Shown: positions 1 to 10,596 of the stretch, piece after piece
How positions within the stretch are numbered: position 1 is the first letter of the stretch
Layout: the number at the start of each line of letters is the position of its first letter
Source of the DNA: Methanolobus sp.
GTDB lineage: Archaea; Halobacteriota; Methanosarcinia; Methanosarcinales; Methanosarcinaceae
DNA length: 64,000 nucleotides
Reading direction: 5' to 3'
NCBI RefSeq assembly: GCF_030682845.1
Contig: NZ_JAUXNK010000075.1
Coordinates: 4,234 to 68,233, forward strand
The notes under the pieces: generated by a model
What the model was told of the DNA's origin: nothing
Databases searched by the model: none
Seen by the model: the letters and a program-made list of their open reading frames with translations, nothing else
Made by a program: the position numbers and the translations under genes

Positions 1-444
1 GAATCTGTCTTCAAAGAGCTTACTTCACCGGAAATAAAAGCCAGATTCAATGTCAGTATAAATCAGATGCCAGAGGGCTGCGCAGATCCTGTCCTGATGA
101 AGCAGGTCTGGAGCAATCTCCTTGCAAATGCCATCAAATATACTATGCCTGTGAAAGAGCCTGTGATATCCATTGGAGGCTACAGGGAAAATGGAAGGAA
201 CGTTTACTACGTGAAAGATACAGGAGTTGGATTCGACCCTAAATATGTGCATAAGCTCTTCGGTCTTTTCCAACGCTTGCACACAGAAAAGGAGTTTGAA
301 GGAACAGGTGTGGGACTTGCTATCATGCAGCGCATTGTTCACCGTCACGGAGGGACAGTGTGGGCAGAGGGCAAGGTAAACGAAGGAGCAACATTCTATT
401 TCTCATTACCTGCAAAGGAGGATTACAGCGATGATCGAAGGTGA
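1..444 (+). CDS. Sensor histidine kinase, C-terminal HATPase_c part (5' end outside window)
   Basis: Frame open from base 1; N box ([14 protein letters not shown]), G1 (DTGVGF), F box (LFGLFQRLH), G2 (GTGVGL). Confidence 0.9.
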   Translation, partial: ESVFKELTSPEIKARFNVSINQMPEGCADPVLMKQVWSNLLANAIKYTMPVKEPVISIGGYRENGRNVYYVKDTGVGFDPKYVHKLFGLFQRLHTEKEFEGTGVGLAIMQRIVHRHGGTVWAEGKVNEGATFYFSLPAKEDYSDDRR

Positions 445-879
445 GGTGGAAATATTACTTGTGGAGGACAATCCCAATGACTCGGAACTGGCTCTGAGGG
501 CATTGAAGAAAAACAAGATCGCAAACAATGTAGTGGTTGTAACAGATGGAGAACAGGCACTTGATTTTTCTTTGCGAGGGGGAAGTTTTCCGGGCGTGAT
601 GCTGCCAATATACCGAAAATGGTCCTTCTGGACCTGAAGTGACCAAAAATGGATGGAATGGAGGTGCTGAAAGTCCTGAAAGACCACAACTCGACAAAGA
701 CCATTCCCATAATTATGTTGACATCTTCCAAGGAAGAGAATGATATTGTCGAAAGCTATCGTCTGGGAGTGAACAGTTATATTGTCAAGCCAGTTGATTT
801 TGATAAATTCGTCGAAGCAGTTCGGGATATAGGCATGTACTGGCTACTTTTGAACCAGATGCCCATGGGCAAGAGGTGA
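431..879 (+). pseudogene. Single-domain response regulator broken by a frameshift (~566-570) and an in-frame TGA (640-642)
   Basis: 431-570 [10 protein letters not shown]..; shifted frame from 571 reads [32 protein letters not shown]...IVKP, a complete REC domain if both lesions are repaired. Confidence 0.8.
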
Positions 880-2795
880 ATGGAAGAGCCATGGAAGAAA
901 ATAATCAGCTACGCATACTGTTCGTTGAGGATATGCCCTCTGACATGGAACTTGCAGAGAGGGAACTTACAAAAAACGGAATCTCTTTCGTATCAATAAG
1001 AGTTGAAACCCGGGACGAATTCATAAAGAACCTGGATAGTTTCAAACCCGATCTTGTCATTTCTGACTATTCCCTACCCTCCTTTGATGGCATGCAGGCG
1101 CTTAAGCTGTTACTGGAGCACGATGGTACCATTCCCTTCATCGTCTTTACCGGCTCCATGAATGAAGAGACTGCTGTAGCCTGTATGAAAGCCGGCGCTA
1201 CGGATTACATTATCAAGGAATATACAAAAAGGCTCCCTTTTGCTGTGCGTGAAGCTCTTTTAAAGAAGAAGATGAGTTTGTCCAGGGACCGGGCTGAGAA
1301 AGAGCTTGCCCAGAAAAAAGAAGAGCTGAATAATTATTTCGACAACGCCCTTGATCTTTTCTGCATCGTCAGTACAGATGGTCTCTTCGTGCGCCTCAAC
1401 AAAGCATGGGAGAGGGTCCTTGGTCTCAGAGTGGAAGAGCTGGAAGGGAAAACCATTCTGGATTTTGTTCATCCTGATGACCTCCGCACAACAGCAGATG
1501 TATTCTCTCTCCTGCAGAATGGTAAGGAAATATCCGGTTTTGTAAACCGTTTCAGGTGCATTGACGGGTCATATCGCTGGATAGAGTGGAAATCCTCTCC
1601 AAAGGATAATCTCATATACGCGGCTGCCCGGGACATCACTGACCGTAAACAGGCGGAGGACGCTCTAAAAGAGAGTGAGGAAAGACTCCAGCTGGCCATG
1701 GAAGTGTCAGAGCATGGTTTCTGGGACTGGGATATGGATAGCAACAAAGCCTATTTCAGTCCGAAATGGTACACAATCCTGGGGTACGAGCCTAATGAGC
1801 TTGCTATGAACTTTGGAACATGGTCCGGCCTTTTGCATCCTGATGAACGTGACATCGTGCTTGAGTCCCTGATGGCTCACCTTCGTGCCCTGCAGTATTT
1901 CAAAATGGACTACAGGATGAGATCTAAGTCCGGTGAGTGGGTGTGGGTGACAGGACGCGGCAGATCATTCAAAGTGGACGGTAACGGGGTGCCACACAGG
2001 GCAGTGGGCACATACGTCGATATAACCAGGCGCAAGAAGGCAGAAGAACAGATGCTGCTGGCCAGGATAGCTGCCGAGGAAGCTAACCGCAGCAAGAGCG
2101 AGTTCCTGGGCAATATGAGCCATGAACTGAGAACTCCTTTAAGCGGTGTGATTGGTTTTTCCGATATACTGCTGGAGGAATTATCTGCAGGGATGAACGA
2201 GACACAAATAAAGTACATATCTACCATAAACCGGAGTGGAAACCAGCTTCTGCATATTATCAATAAGATATTGGAAATATCCTGCATTGATTCAGGCAGC
2301 ATGTGCATAAGGCTGGACAGGCTGAGTATTCATTCTGCTGTTGAGCATACATATACGTCCCTGAACTCCCTGGCTGTCAGGAAAAGGATCGAACTTCGCA
2401 CGGACATAGACAGCCGTCTCACTGAGATAACCGCCGATGTCGAGAAGTTCAAAAGTATATTGTATAATCTGGTGGAGAACTCCATAAAATTCACACCGGA
2501 AGGTGGAATAGTTACGATAAGAGCCATACCTGAAGTGAATCATATCAAGATATCAGTAAGTGATACCGGCATTGGGATACCTGATCAGGAAAAGGGGCGC
2601 ATATTTGAGCCTTTTTTCCAGGTGGACAGTTCCGCATCCCGCAGTTATGGGGGTACCGGGTTAGGACTTATGCTTGTTAAGGAATATGTGAAAATGCACG
2701 AAGGAACGATCTGGGTCGAGAGTGAGCCTGGCAAGGGGAGCACTTTCACTTTCATAATCCCGATAGGGACACCGCCATCAGAAAGCCCGGAATAA
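876..2795 (+). CDS. Hybrid sensor histidine kinase REC-PAS-PAS-HisKA-HATPase (likely start 891)
   Basis: ILFVED/VISD REC; two PAS/PAC blocks (FVHPDD, LHPDE); H box [13 protein letters not shown]; N, G1 (DTGIGI), F, G2 (GTGLGL) boxes. Confidence 0.92.
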   Translation: MNGRAMEENNQLRILFVEDMPSDMELAERELTKNGISFVSIRVETRDEFIKNLDSFKPDLVISDYSLPSFDGMQALKLLLEHDGTIPFIVFTGSMNEETAVACMKAGATDYIIKEYTKRLPFAVREALLKKKMSLSRDRAEKELAQKKEELNNYFDNALDLFCIVSTDGLFVRLNKAWERVLGLRVEELEGKTILDFVHPDDLRTTADVFSLLQNGKEISGFVNRFRCIDGSYRWIEWKSSPKDNLIYAAARDITDRKQAEDALKESEERLQLAMEVSEHGFWDWDMDSNKAYFSPKWYTILGYEPNELAMNFGTWSGLLHPDERDIVLESLMAHLRALQYFKMDYRMRSKSGEWVWVTGRGRSFKVDGNGVPHRAVGTYVDITRRKKAEEQMLLARIAAEEANRSKSEFLGNMSHELRTPLSGVIGFSDILLEELSAGMNETQIKYISTINRSGNQLLHIINKILEISCIDSGSMCIRLDRLSIHSAVEHTYTSLNSLAVRKRIELRTDIDSRLTEITADVEKFKSILYNLVENSIKFTPEGGIVTIRAIPEVNHIKISVSDTGIGIPDQEKGRIFEPFFQVDSSASRSYGGTGLGLMLVKEYVKMHEGTIWVESEPGKGSTFTFIIPIGTPPSESPE

Positions 2796-2846
2796 GAATG
2801 CCGGCTGGGCAGGAGCAGCACCACGAAGGGATATAAGAAAGGCTCT

Positions 2847-3395
2847 TCAGCCGAAGAACTCCTCACTCCAGTCTACAGAGCCCGGTCTGTATCTCTCAGC
2901 TAATTCCTTCTCCCTGCCTTTGGCAAGTCCCTCCAGGATGTTCCGTATGTCATCGAGAGTTCTTTCCACGGACTGAGAGGTTGTATCGATCTCAAAGACA
3001 TTATCGCACCACTCCACCGACTCACAAAGGATAATGTCCAGAGATTCTGCTTCGAGGTTCTCCTCTACTTTTTCAGTGCAATAGTTCCTCTTTTGCAGCC
3101 TGTCTCTTAACACCTCAGGCTTTGTCCTCAGTACAATAACACTATCAGCCAGATGATGAGAAAGATGGCTGTCAAGGATAGTGATGTCGTCGGTACTTGC
3201 CATTTCCCTGACACGCCGGTCCACAAGGTCCATGTCGGCAACCACGCAATCTCTTTCATTATCCACTTCTGAGTAGAGTTTCTCCTCCTTGATGAGTTCG
3301 TTGATGTGAATGACCCGGTATGACGTCCTGCTCTCCAGTAACTCTGTAACAGATGTTTTCCCGGTTCCTGGTGTTCCTGTGATCCCTACAAGCAT
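2847..3395 (-). CDS. Adenylate kinase, AK6/hCINAP-like archaeal family
   Basis: P-loop GTPGTGKT, DSHLSH motif, LRTxPExLxxRL. Confidence 0.85.
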   Translation of the reverse strand: MLVGITGTPGTGKTSVTELLESRTSYRVIHINELIKEEKLYSEVDNERDCVVADMDLVDRRVREMASTDDITILDSHLSHHLADSVIVLRTKPEVLRDRLQKRNYCTEKVEENLEAESLDIILCESVEWCDNVFEIDTTSQSVERTLDDIRNILEGLAKGREKELAERYRPGSVDWSEEFFG

Positions 3396-3419
3396 GATCT
3401 CTAATAAGCCTGTAAAGGC

Positions 3420-4010
3420 TTAATCCTTACCCATACCTGCAATCCTCAGGAAGTTGCCGATGATACACATGCCTTTTTCGGTAAGGATGGACTCCGGATG
3501 GAACTGCACACCATAAACCGGATATTCCCTGTGTTCCACAGCCATGATTATACCGTCTGCTGTTCTTGCAGTCACTGTCAGGCCTTCTGCTAAGTCATCT
3601 ATTGCAAGGGAGTGATACCTTCCGACTTTGAAACTCCCCGGCAGGCCGTTAAAGAGCTGTGATTCATTGTGGCTTATCTCGGAAGTCTTCCCATGGACCG
3701 GCCCGCTCTTTGCATGCCCAATGGTGCCTCCGAAGGCAGCATTTATGGCCTGGTGTCCAAAGCAGACTCCCAACAACGGGATCTCGGGCCCGATATCACT
3801 TATGATTTCCAGACATGTACCCGCGTCCTCAGATTTGTGGGGGGTGCCGGGTCCCGGGGATATCACGATAGCATCGGGCTTAATTTGCCTTACCTCATCG
3901 ACTGAGATTGTGTTTGGGGCTACTATGGTATCCGGCTCGAAAACGGAAACATAATCCACGAGGTTCCATACGAACGAATCCTTGTTATCGATGAACAGTA
4001 CTCTCATCAC
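3420..4010 (-). CDS. trpG: Anthranilate synthase component II (glutamine amidotransferase)
   Basis: IDNKDSFVWNL, SPGPGTP, GVCFGHQ, QFHPES; operonic with trpE. Confidence 0.95.
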   Translation of the reverse strand: MMRVLFIDNKDSFVWNLVDYVSVFEPDTIVAPNTISVDEVRQIKPDAIVISPGPGTPHKSEDAGTCLEIISDIGPEIPLLGVCFGHQAINAAFGGTIGHAKSGPVHGKTSEISHNESQLFNGLPGSFKVGRYHSLAIDDLAEGLTVTARTADGIIMAVEHREYPVYGVQFHPESILTEKGMCIIGNFLRIAGMGKD

Positions 4011-5578
4011 TTCCCTCCTATGGCTTTTATCATTGCAGCCATCTTTCTCTCAGTTTCCTGATATTCGTAAGCGGGATCGGAATCGGCCACTATCCCGGCA
4101 CCTGCCTGTACATAGGCAGTGTTGTTTTTAATCAGCACTGTCCTTATAACAATGGCAAAGTCAGCATCCCCGTTCCATGAATAATAGCCGACGCCTCCTC
4201 CATAAATTCCCCTTGATTCCGGTTCAAGGTCATCGATTATTTTCATTGCCCGGATCTTGGGAGCGCCGGAAAGCGTACCTGCCGGGAAGATGGCACGTGT
4301 AGCGTCGAACTGATCGCAGTCGTCCCTCATCTCCCCGCTCACTGTACTTTCGATATGCTGCACATGGGAGTACTTGATGACGCTCATAAGGTCATCGACC
4401 CTGACGGTGCCACCCTTGGATACCATTCTCACATCGTTGCGTCCAAGGTCCACGAGCATTATATGCTCGGCCCTTTCCTTCTCATCATCGAGCATTCGGG
4501 CAGCAAGTGCTTTGTCCTCCTCTTCATCACGACCTCTTGGACAAGTCCCTGCTATGGGGTTGGTTATTACCTTCCGGTCGTAGACTGTCATCAGGGTCTC
4601 AGGACTTGCACCTACGATGCCGATATCCTTGAAATTGAATATATACATGTAAGGGCTTGGATTAATGTTCCTTAGCCTAATGTACAGTTGCAGGGGTGTC
4701 TGCCCCATCCTGACCGTGTACCGTCTGGAGAGCACTATCTGAAAGATATCGCCATCTATGATGTGCTGTTTTGCCTGAAGGACAGCCTTCTCGAAAGTCT
4801 CCTGGTCGGTATCCGGCACCGGCTCTTCAGCATTCACTTTCCCAAGGATGCTGTCGCTGATCCCAATAACTGAAGCCATACTCAGTGACCTCTCCATAAG
4901 TCGTGAGTCAGCACAGGCATGCTCGTATACTGCTTCAAGATCACTTTCGCCTGTCACAAAGGGTGAGATGACAATGTAGGTTTCGCCAGTCATATGGTCA
5001 AAGACAAATGTCTTTGTCATGATGGCAAAATGCATGTCCGGGGTGTCAGCATCCGGTTTCTTATCGATATCAAGCCACGAATCGTACACAAAGTCGTAAC
5101 TGTTGTATCCGATCGCACCTCCAAGGAAGGTTTGCCTGTCAAAGCGTTTCTGGTTCAGGAGGACCGCGTCATTGCTTGTGGGGAATATATCACGAAATGC
5201 ATCCAGGGCATCTTTACCATCTTCTATTTTCACCCTGTACCTGCCCCCGATGAGAGGCTCCATCCGGCCCATGCATTTTACTCTCCTATATATATATTGT
5301 GAGAGTTCGGAACTTATCTGGCATTCTATCGTCAGGAACCGGTCCTTAATGGACACCACAATCTCAGGCTCAGAACCTGCAAAAGAATATCTGGCATGCC
5401 TTTTTTCCTTCTCGACAGACTCCAGGAGATAGGAGTGTCCTGCATTCTGAAGGGTTGCGTATAACTGCAGCGGGGTGCATACGCTTGGCACCTTTGCCAT
5501 GAGCTGCACTATGGCAGGTTTCTGTGACCCCCTGACAAGGGATATGAACTCTTCCTTACTAAGATCAAAATCAACCAT
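4007..5578 (-). CDS. trpE: Anthranilate synthase component I
   Basis: YLLESVE, GDIFQIVLSR, NPSPYMY, PIAGT, EHIMLVDLGRND, FPAGTLSGAPK. Confidence 0.95.
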   Translation of the reverse strand: MVDFDLSKEEFISLVRGSQKPAIVQLMAKVPSVCTPLQLYATLQNAGHSYLLESVEKEKRHARYSFAGSEPEIVVSIKDRFLTIECQISSELSQYIYRRVKCMGRMEPLIGGRYRVKIEDGKDALDAFRDIFPTSNDAVLLNQKRFDRQTFLGGAIGYNSYDFVYDSWLDIDKKPDADTPDMHFAIMTKTFVFDHMTGETYIVISPFVTGESDLEAVYEHACADSRLMERSLSMASVIGISDSILGKVNAEEPVPDTDQETFEKAVLQAKQHIIDGDIFQIVLSRRYTVRMGQTPLQLYIRLRNINPSPYMYIFNFKDIGIVGASPETLMTVYDRKVITNPIAGTCPRGRDEEEDKALAARMLDDEKERAEHIMLVDLGRNDVRMVSKGGTVRVDDLMSVIKYSHVQHIESTVSGEMRDDCDQFDATRAIFPAGTLSGAPKIRAMKIIDDLEPESRGIYGGGVGYYSWNGDADFAIVIRTVLIKNNTAYVQAGAGIVADSDPAYEYQETERKMAAMIKAIGGK

Positions 5579-6251
5579 TGATACACCTTGCTTCTCTTAT
5601 GAACCTGCACACTTTTGCAGGGTCTTTGTTCCCTTCCGTCTCCACTCCCGAGGCTGTATCCACAGCGAACGGCCGGACCTGTTCAACAGCATCGCGAACG
5701 TTTTCCGGCTTCAGCCCGCCGGCAAGTATGATTGGGATATCGGTATTTTCCACTATCTCTTTGCTCACTGACCAGTCGTGGGTGATTCCTGTACCGCCAC
5801 TCATCCCGGTCTTTCCGGAATCCAGTAGTACACCATCGATCAGACCTGTCTCACTAAGTGCCTCTATCTGTGCTATCAGGCCTGCGGTCGTCACTTCCCT
5901 CGCTCCTGGAGGCACTGTGAATGTCTTAATGATTCTTTGCCGAGCGTCATCAATTCCATCTCGGATGATCCCTATCTCCTCCGGACCCATGTCATTATGG
6001 AGCTGAATACTATCCGGGTGGGTTTTTCTTATGAGCTTCAGGGCCTGATCAGTATTGTATGGCATTATTACAAGGACCGACTCAACGAAGAGTGGCACAT
6101 GCCGGATAAGCCCGGATGCAGTATCCGGGTCTATCTTCCTGGATGTCTGCACCGGAACATCGGTGATGAAACCCACTGCATCTGCTCCGCACCTTACAGC
6201 CATGTCTATGTCTTCAGCACATCGCATACCGCATATTTTCACTTTTGGCAT
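5571..6251 (-). CDS. trpF: Phosphoribosylanthranilate isomerase
   Basis: KVKICG, GADAVGFI, LLDS, GGTG..HDW, LAGGL.PENV, AVDTASGVE. Confidence 0.95.
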   Translation of the reverse strand: MPKVKICGMRCAEDIDMAVRCGADAVGFITDVPVQTSRKIDPDTASGLIRHVPLFVESVLVIMPYNTDQALKLIRKTHPDSIQLHNDMGPEEIGIIRDGIDDARQRIIKTFTVPPGAREVTTAGLIAQIEALSETGLIDGVLLDSGKTGMSGGTGITHDWSVSKEIVENTDIPIILAGGLKPENVRDAVEQVRPFAVDTASGVETEGNKDPAKVCRFIREARCING

Positions 6252-7275
6252 GTGTTTCATTTATTGCCTCACAGGCGCTCTTATCGTCACAGAAATCCAT
6301 CAGTTTTTCAAGCGCCTTGCCGCTGTCTATGATTTCTTCAACTAGTGGTATGGCTTCTTTTATTGAGTCAGCCATGCCTGCCAGGTACAGGGCGGCAGCA
6401 GAGTTGATGACAATGATATCTCTCTTGGGGCCTTTTTCTCCTTTGAGGACGTATATTATGTCCCTTGCATTCTCTTTCGGAGTCCCGCCGACAATGTCTG
6501 TCGCTTTTGCCCTGTTGATCCCAAGCTCTTCAGGAGTAAGGGTATATGTCTTTATCCTGCCATCCCTGAGTTCAGCCACGCAGGTCTCGGCTATGCTGGA
6601 TATCTCATCCATGCCGTCGCCATGAACGACCATTGCCCTCTCAACTCCCATTTTCTTCATGACTTCGGCAAAGGTCTTACACAACCTGCTGTCAAAGACC
6701 CCTACAAGCTGTGCTTTTGCATTGGCAGGGTTTGTCAGGGGCCCCAGTATGTTGAACACTGTCCTTGTACCAAGTTCCTGCCTTATACCTGCAACTCTTT
6801 TCATGGAAGGGTGGAAAACAGGGGCGAACATAAATCCAATACCTGCTTTTTCAATGATCTGCTTCACTTCCTCAGGGCTCTTGTCCACCTTTATTCCTAA
6901 CTCCCTGAGCACATCCGCACTTCCCGAAAGTGAAGTAATGGAACGGTTGCCATGCTTTGCCACTGGAATACCGGCTGCGGCAGTGACAATAGCTGCGGCT
7001 GTTGAAACATTGATGGTGTTATGCCTGTCAGCCCCCGTCCCGACAATATCAATCAGTGTTCCTTTCACTTCAGGATAGATAAGATTGGCTGCTTTTTTCA
7101 TCCCGGTGGCAAACCCGGCAATCTCATCTGCAGTCTCACCTTTCATTTTCAGGGCCATTAGCAGGCCTGCGATCTGGGCATCAGTGGACTCTGTGAATAT
7201 CTTGGTGATAGCATCCTCAGCTTCCTTTATTGTCAGGTCCTGCCCTTCACTTACTTTCTTGATATACGCCTTCAT
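6214..7275 (-). CDS. trpD: Anthranilate phosphoribosyltransferase
   Basis: DIVGTGAD, NVST, AKHGNRS, FAPVFHP, RTVFNILGPL.NP. Confidence 0.95.
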   Translation of the reverse strand: MKAYIKKVSEGQDLTIKEAEDAITKIFTESTDAQIAGLLMALKMKGETADEIAGFATGMKKAANLIYPEVKGTLIDIVGTGADRHNTINVSTAAAIVTAAAGIPVAKHGNRSITSLSGSADVLRELGIKVDKSPEEVKQIIEKAGIGFMFAPVFHPSMKRVAGIRQELGTRTVFNILGPLTNPANAKAQLVGVFDSRLCKTFAEVMKKMGVERAMVVHGDGMDEISSIAETCVAELRDGRIKTYTLTPEELGINRAKATDIVGGTPKENARDIIYVLKGEKGPKRDIIVINSAAALYLAGMADSIKEAIPLVEEIIDSGKALEKLMDFCDDKSACEAINETHAKSENMRYAMC

Positions 7276-7292
7276 CCAAGCACCTCTAAAAA

Positions 7293-7320
7293 CATTAATG
7301 TATATTTATGTACACTAATG
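7293..7320. promoter_or_regulatory. Candidate TRP-box operator upstream of trpD
   Basis: CATTAA-TGTATA-TTTA-TGTACA-CTAATG: imperfect 28-bp palindrome with two TGTA(C/T)A hexamers 4 bp apart. Confidence 0.55.
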
Positions 7321-7460
7321 GATAAAGAGCATCACTTGTATTTATAGCTTATGGCTTTTGAAAACAGGGCAACTACGGAACAAGAGTGTTGGCACTAAAA
7401 GACATACAGGAAAGAAAAGAATACAAAGGCAGGTTTGAATAAAATCACATGTAGCAGTCT

Positions 7461-7724
7461 TCAGGACAATTTTCCACAGACGCTTCTGCCTTTTTCCGTT
7501 AGCTGGTAATATGTTGTGTTCTTCTGTGCAAAAGAGCTAAAGGTTGATGCGCAGGAGCTCCGGCATCCTGCGCATTTTCCTTCACATGTTCCTGCGTTTT
7601 GTACAATAGTTTTGAGATCTCCTCTTTTTTCCATGATGTTGAGCAGGTCCTTGAACTCATCCTGTCTGAGGTTCAGGCGGCTTGCAATCGTTCCCATTGT
7701 GAGATTCTCTTTTGAATCCATCAT
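7461..7724 (-). CDS. FeoC-like winged-helix protein with Cys cluster
   Basis: HTH-like TIASRLNL..LNIMEKRGDL followed by CxxxCxxCxxxC; last gene of the feo operon. Confidence 0.7.
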   Translation of the reverse strand: MMDSKENLTMGTIASRLNLRQDEFKDLLNIMEKRGDLKTIVQNAGTCEGKCAGCRSSCASTFSSFAQKNTTYYQLTEKGRSVCGKLS

Positions 7725-7762
7725 TGCGGCTATTCTTTTTAAAAAAAAGTTGTAACCTATTA

Positions 7763-8224
7763 TCATGCTACCTCCCTGACTACAAGTATCTCATTCAGTG
7801 AGAACCTGTTTTTCCAATACAGTATCCCCATGAGTGGAAGTATCCCCAGGTATATTCCCGGCCTGAAGTTCTCCATAACGCTCCATCCTTCATAATCATC
7901 CGGGACAATAATTGAATCCAGGAGATTCCCTCCCATCGTCAGGATATATACTGCCATGAATACAAGCGACAAGAGTATTCCCACATAGACAAAGGAAACT
8001 CCTGCATTGACACCTTTTGTCATCTCCCTTGACCCATAGAGGAACACGGTTCCGATTATCACAAGGCATGCTCCTCCAAGAATATCTCCGGAAATGAACA
8101 AAAACTCTGCAATCCCTGTATTTATGCTCAGTCCTTCTGCAATGTGAAGTACTCCAAAAATGGAGTACAGAACTCCGGCAAGTAATGCGAACAGGAGTTC
8201 TTTGTTTTGATTAATTTGTTCCAT
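7763..8224 (-). CDS. Uncharacterised membrane protein (~4 TM) in feo operon
   Basis: Four hydrophobic segments; overlaps next gene by 4 nt if the longer FeoC start is used. Confidence 0.75.
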   Translation of the reverse strand: MEQINQNKELLFALLAGVLYSIFGVLHIAEGLSINTGIAEFLFISGDILGGACLVIIGTVFLYGSREMTKGVNAGVSFVYVGILLSLVFMAVYILTMGGNLLDSIIVPDDYEGWSVMENFRPGIYLGILPLMGILYWKNRFSLNEILVVREVA

Positions 8225-8258
8225 CTGTTTCCCTCTCTAATTCTATATTTCCTGATCT

Positions 8259-10280
8259 TCAAGTAAGGAAACCTATTCTGCTTCCTATCTGATACAAAGT
8301 AAATGCAAAGACCCATGCCAGCCCTGTTCCGTATACAAGCTGGAAAAGTGTCCATTTCCATGACCCTGTCTCTCTTTTTATAACGCCTATACAGGCAAAG
8401 CAAGGCACGTAGAGAAGAGTGAACACCATGAGCCCAAGTCCTGCAAGGGGTGTCATTGCTCCGGCTGCCAGGATATTGGACAGGTTCTGTTCGTCCTCAC
8501 CAGCTCCGTAGAGCACGCCCATGGATCCTACGACTATCTCCTTGGCAACAATACCAAACACCAGTGCAACAGCTATCCGCCAGTCAAATCCAAGGGGTGC
8601 GACTAAAGGCTCTATCAGGTGTCCTATCACTCCTACCAGTGAATCGGTACTGCCGTATATTTCTTCAGATCCGAACACTCCGCCACTACCAGGTGCAGGA
8701 ATGGATGCCAGCAGCCATACACCTACAACACCGATGAGTATTATTCCGCCAGCCTTTTTCAGGTATATTTTAGCTCTTTCCCACATGTGGATGAAACTGC
8801 CTTTAAGAGTAGGCAGACGGTAATCGGGAAGTTCCATGATGAAAGGTGCATCTTCTCCCCTGAGGACTGTTGTCCTCATGAGCTTTGCACTTAGCACTGC
8901 AACCAGTATTCCAAGTGCATAGAGTCCGAAAATTACGATTCCTGCATCTCTTCCGAAGAATGCCCCGGCCAGGAGCACGTAAACAGGCAATCTTGCACCG
9001 CAGGATATGAATGGTGCGACAAGTATAGTGATCAGCCTGTCCCGAGGGTCCTCGATGGTCCTTGTTGCCATTATCGCAGGCACGTTACATCCGAATCCCA
9101 TTATCAGGGGAATAAAGGATTTTCCATGAAGCCCTATCCTTCCCATGACCCTGTCCATGATGAATGCCGCCCTTGCCATGTATCCGCTATCTTCCATAAG
9201 GGAGAGCATGAAGAAGAGCAGCAGTATGTTAGGAAGGAATATTAGCACGGACCCGATGCCTGCAATGATGCCGTCGCCTACAAGGGAAGCCAGCCACTCT
9301 GTGCTGATAACTTCGGCAGTTGCACCCGCAAGCCATCCAAAGAAGATATCAATCATGTTCATGAACGGAGTGGCAAATGTGAATGTTAATTCAAACGCCG
9401 CCCACATCAATGCAAGAAATATGGGAATCCCCAGTAGTTTGTTTGTCACAACGCGGTCAACCATATCTGAACCACTGAGCTGGCTTGTGTTGATATCACA
9501 TACCTGTCTCAACATGGCCTGGATAGTACTGTACCGCTGGTCTGCGATCTTTGTTTCAAAATTATCTTCATCCGTCTTCCTGAGTATCTCCCTGATCTGA
9601 GTGTATTTCTTACTCTCCTGTGCTTTTTTGATTATATTTTCGTCACCCTCAAGTAACTTTATGCTGAACCATCGCGAAGGGTAATGTGCAAAGTACTGGT
9701 CACTTTTAAGGATTACCTCAAGTTCATGTACCATGCCCTCTGTCGCTTCGTCATAACTTAATGGATCATCATTTTTCCTGGCCTTAGATGCCTCTTCTAT
9801 AACAGCATCCAGCAGTCTCTCAATACCAGTACCTTTGCTTGCGATTGTAGGTATCACCGGCACATCCAGGAATTCCTGTATCTTTTCCTCATCGATCCTG
9901 TTTCCTTTTGCAAGGGCAAGGTCTTTCATATTGAGTGCAATTACCAGTTTCACACCCAGTTCCATCAACTGGGTCGACAGGTAAAGGTTCCTCTCAAGGT
10001 TCGTTGCATCTATGACCTGTACTACAATGTCCGGTTTTTCCTCTATCAGGAAGTCGCGCGCAATTATCTCGTCCAGGGAATATGTTGTAAGGCTATATGT
10101 TCCGGGAAGGTCTACGATCTCCATCTCAGTGTTCTTGTAGACCCTTTTTCCCATCTTTCTTTCAACAGTCACACCGGGCCAGTTGCCAACATGTTGCCTT
10201 GAGCCGGTTATCGCATTGAATACGGAGGTTTTCCCAACATTTGGATTCCCAGCAAGGGCTACTGTTATTTTTTTTGTCAT
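8259..10280 (-). CDS. feoB: Ferrous iron transporter FeoB
   Basis: G1 GNPNVGKT, GNWPGVTVE, DLPGTYSL, GFGCNVPA, gate domains, YVPCFA. Confidence 0.97.
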   Translation of the reverse strand: MTKKITVALAGNPNVGKTSVFNAITGSRQHVGNWPGVTVERKMGKRVYKNTEMEIVDLPGTYSLTTYSLDEIIARDFLIEEKPDIVVQVIDATNLERNLYLSTQLMELGVKLVIALNMKDLALAKGNRIDEEKIQEFLDVPVIPTIASKGTGIERLLDAVIEEASKARKNDDPLSYDEATEGMVHELEVILKSDQYFAHYPSRWFSIKLLEGDENIIKKAQESKKYTQIREILRKTDEDNFETKIADQRYSTIQAMLRQVCDINTSQLSGSDMVDRVVTNKLLGIPIFLALMWAAFELTFTFATPFMNMIDIFFGWLAGATAEVISTEWLASLVGDGIIAGIGSVLIFLPNILLLFFMLSLMEDSGYMARAAFIMDRVMGRIGLHGKSFIPLIMGFGCNVPAIMATRTIEDPRDRLITILVAPFISCGARLPVYVLLAGAFFGRDAGIVIFGLYALGILVAVLSAKLMRTTVLRGEDAPFIMELPDYRLPTLKGSFIHMWERAKIYLKKAGGIILIGVVGVWLLASIPAPGSGGVFGSEEIYGSTDSLVGVIGHLIEPLVAPLGFDWRIAVALVFGIVAKEIVVGSMGVLYGAGEDEQNLSNILAAGAMTPLAGLGLMVFTLLYVPCFACIGVIKRETGSWKWTLFQLVYGTGLAWVFAFTLYQIGSRIGFLT

Positions 10281-10313
10281 AATGTCACCATCATGGTCTT
10301 GTTCCGGCCCTAT

Positions 10314-10550
10314 CTATTCGACTGTTTCAACGAGAACCGTCTGTGCTTCTTTTTTCCGAAGAGAGAGGTTGTATCCTTTTATCTTGAATTCCACAGGGTC
10401 TCCAAGGGGTGCCCGTCGCATTACTTCTACTTTTGTCCCCGGTGTCAGTCCCATGTCAAGGATCCTTTTTCTCAGGGATCTCTGTCCCGTAAGCTTCAGT
10501 ATCTTTACAGATGTTTCAGGTTCAATGAGGTCCAGTGTTTTTTCCGGCAT
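10314..10550 (-). CDS. feoA: FeoA family protein
   Basis: RILDMGLTPG..V..RRAPLGDPVE..IKGYNLSLRK.EA. Confidence 0.95.
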   Translation of the reverse strand: MPEKTLDLIEPETSVKILKLTGQRSLRKRILDMGLTPGTKVEVMRRAPLGDPVEFKIKGYNLSLRKKEAQTVLVETVE

Positions 10551-10580
10551 TGCTATTCTCCTATAAGTATGTCTATTTAA

Positions 10581-10596
10581 TGTAGTTGAACCTACA
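10581..10596. promoter_or_regulatory. Candidate DtxR-family metal repressor site
   Basis: TGTAG-TTGAAC-CTACA palindrome 30 bp upstream of feoA, downstream of a TATA-like AATATATA (10617-10610, minus strand). Confidence 0.55.

Noticed and set aside
640-642. Selenocysteine or other read-through of the TGA in the response regulator
   Set aside because: The position corresponds to Leu in the LDLKLPK motif, not Cys; an upstream frameshift also exists; Sec is not known in Methanosarcinaceae.
6214-6260. trpD-trpF overlap as a broken fusion or attenuation signal
   Set aside because: Short overlaps of 30-40 nt recur in several operons here and fit ordinary translational coupling.
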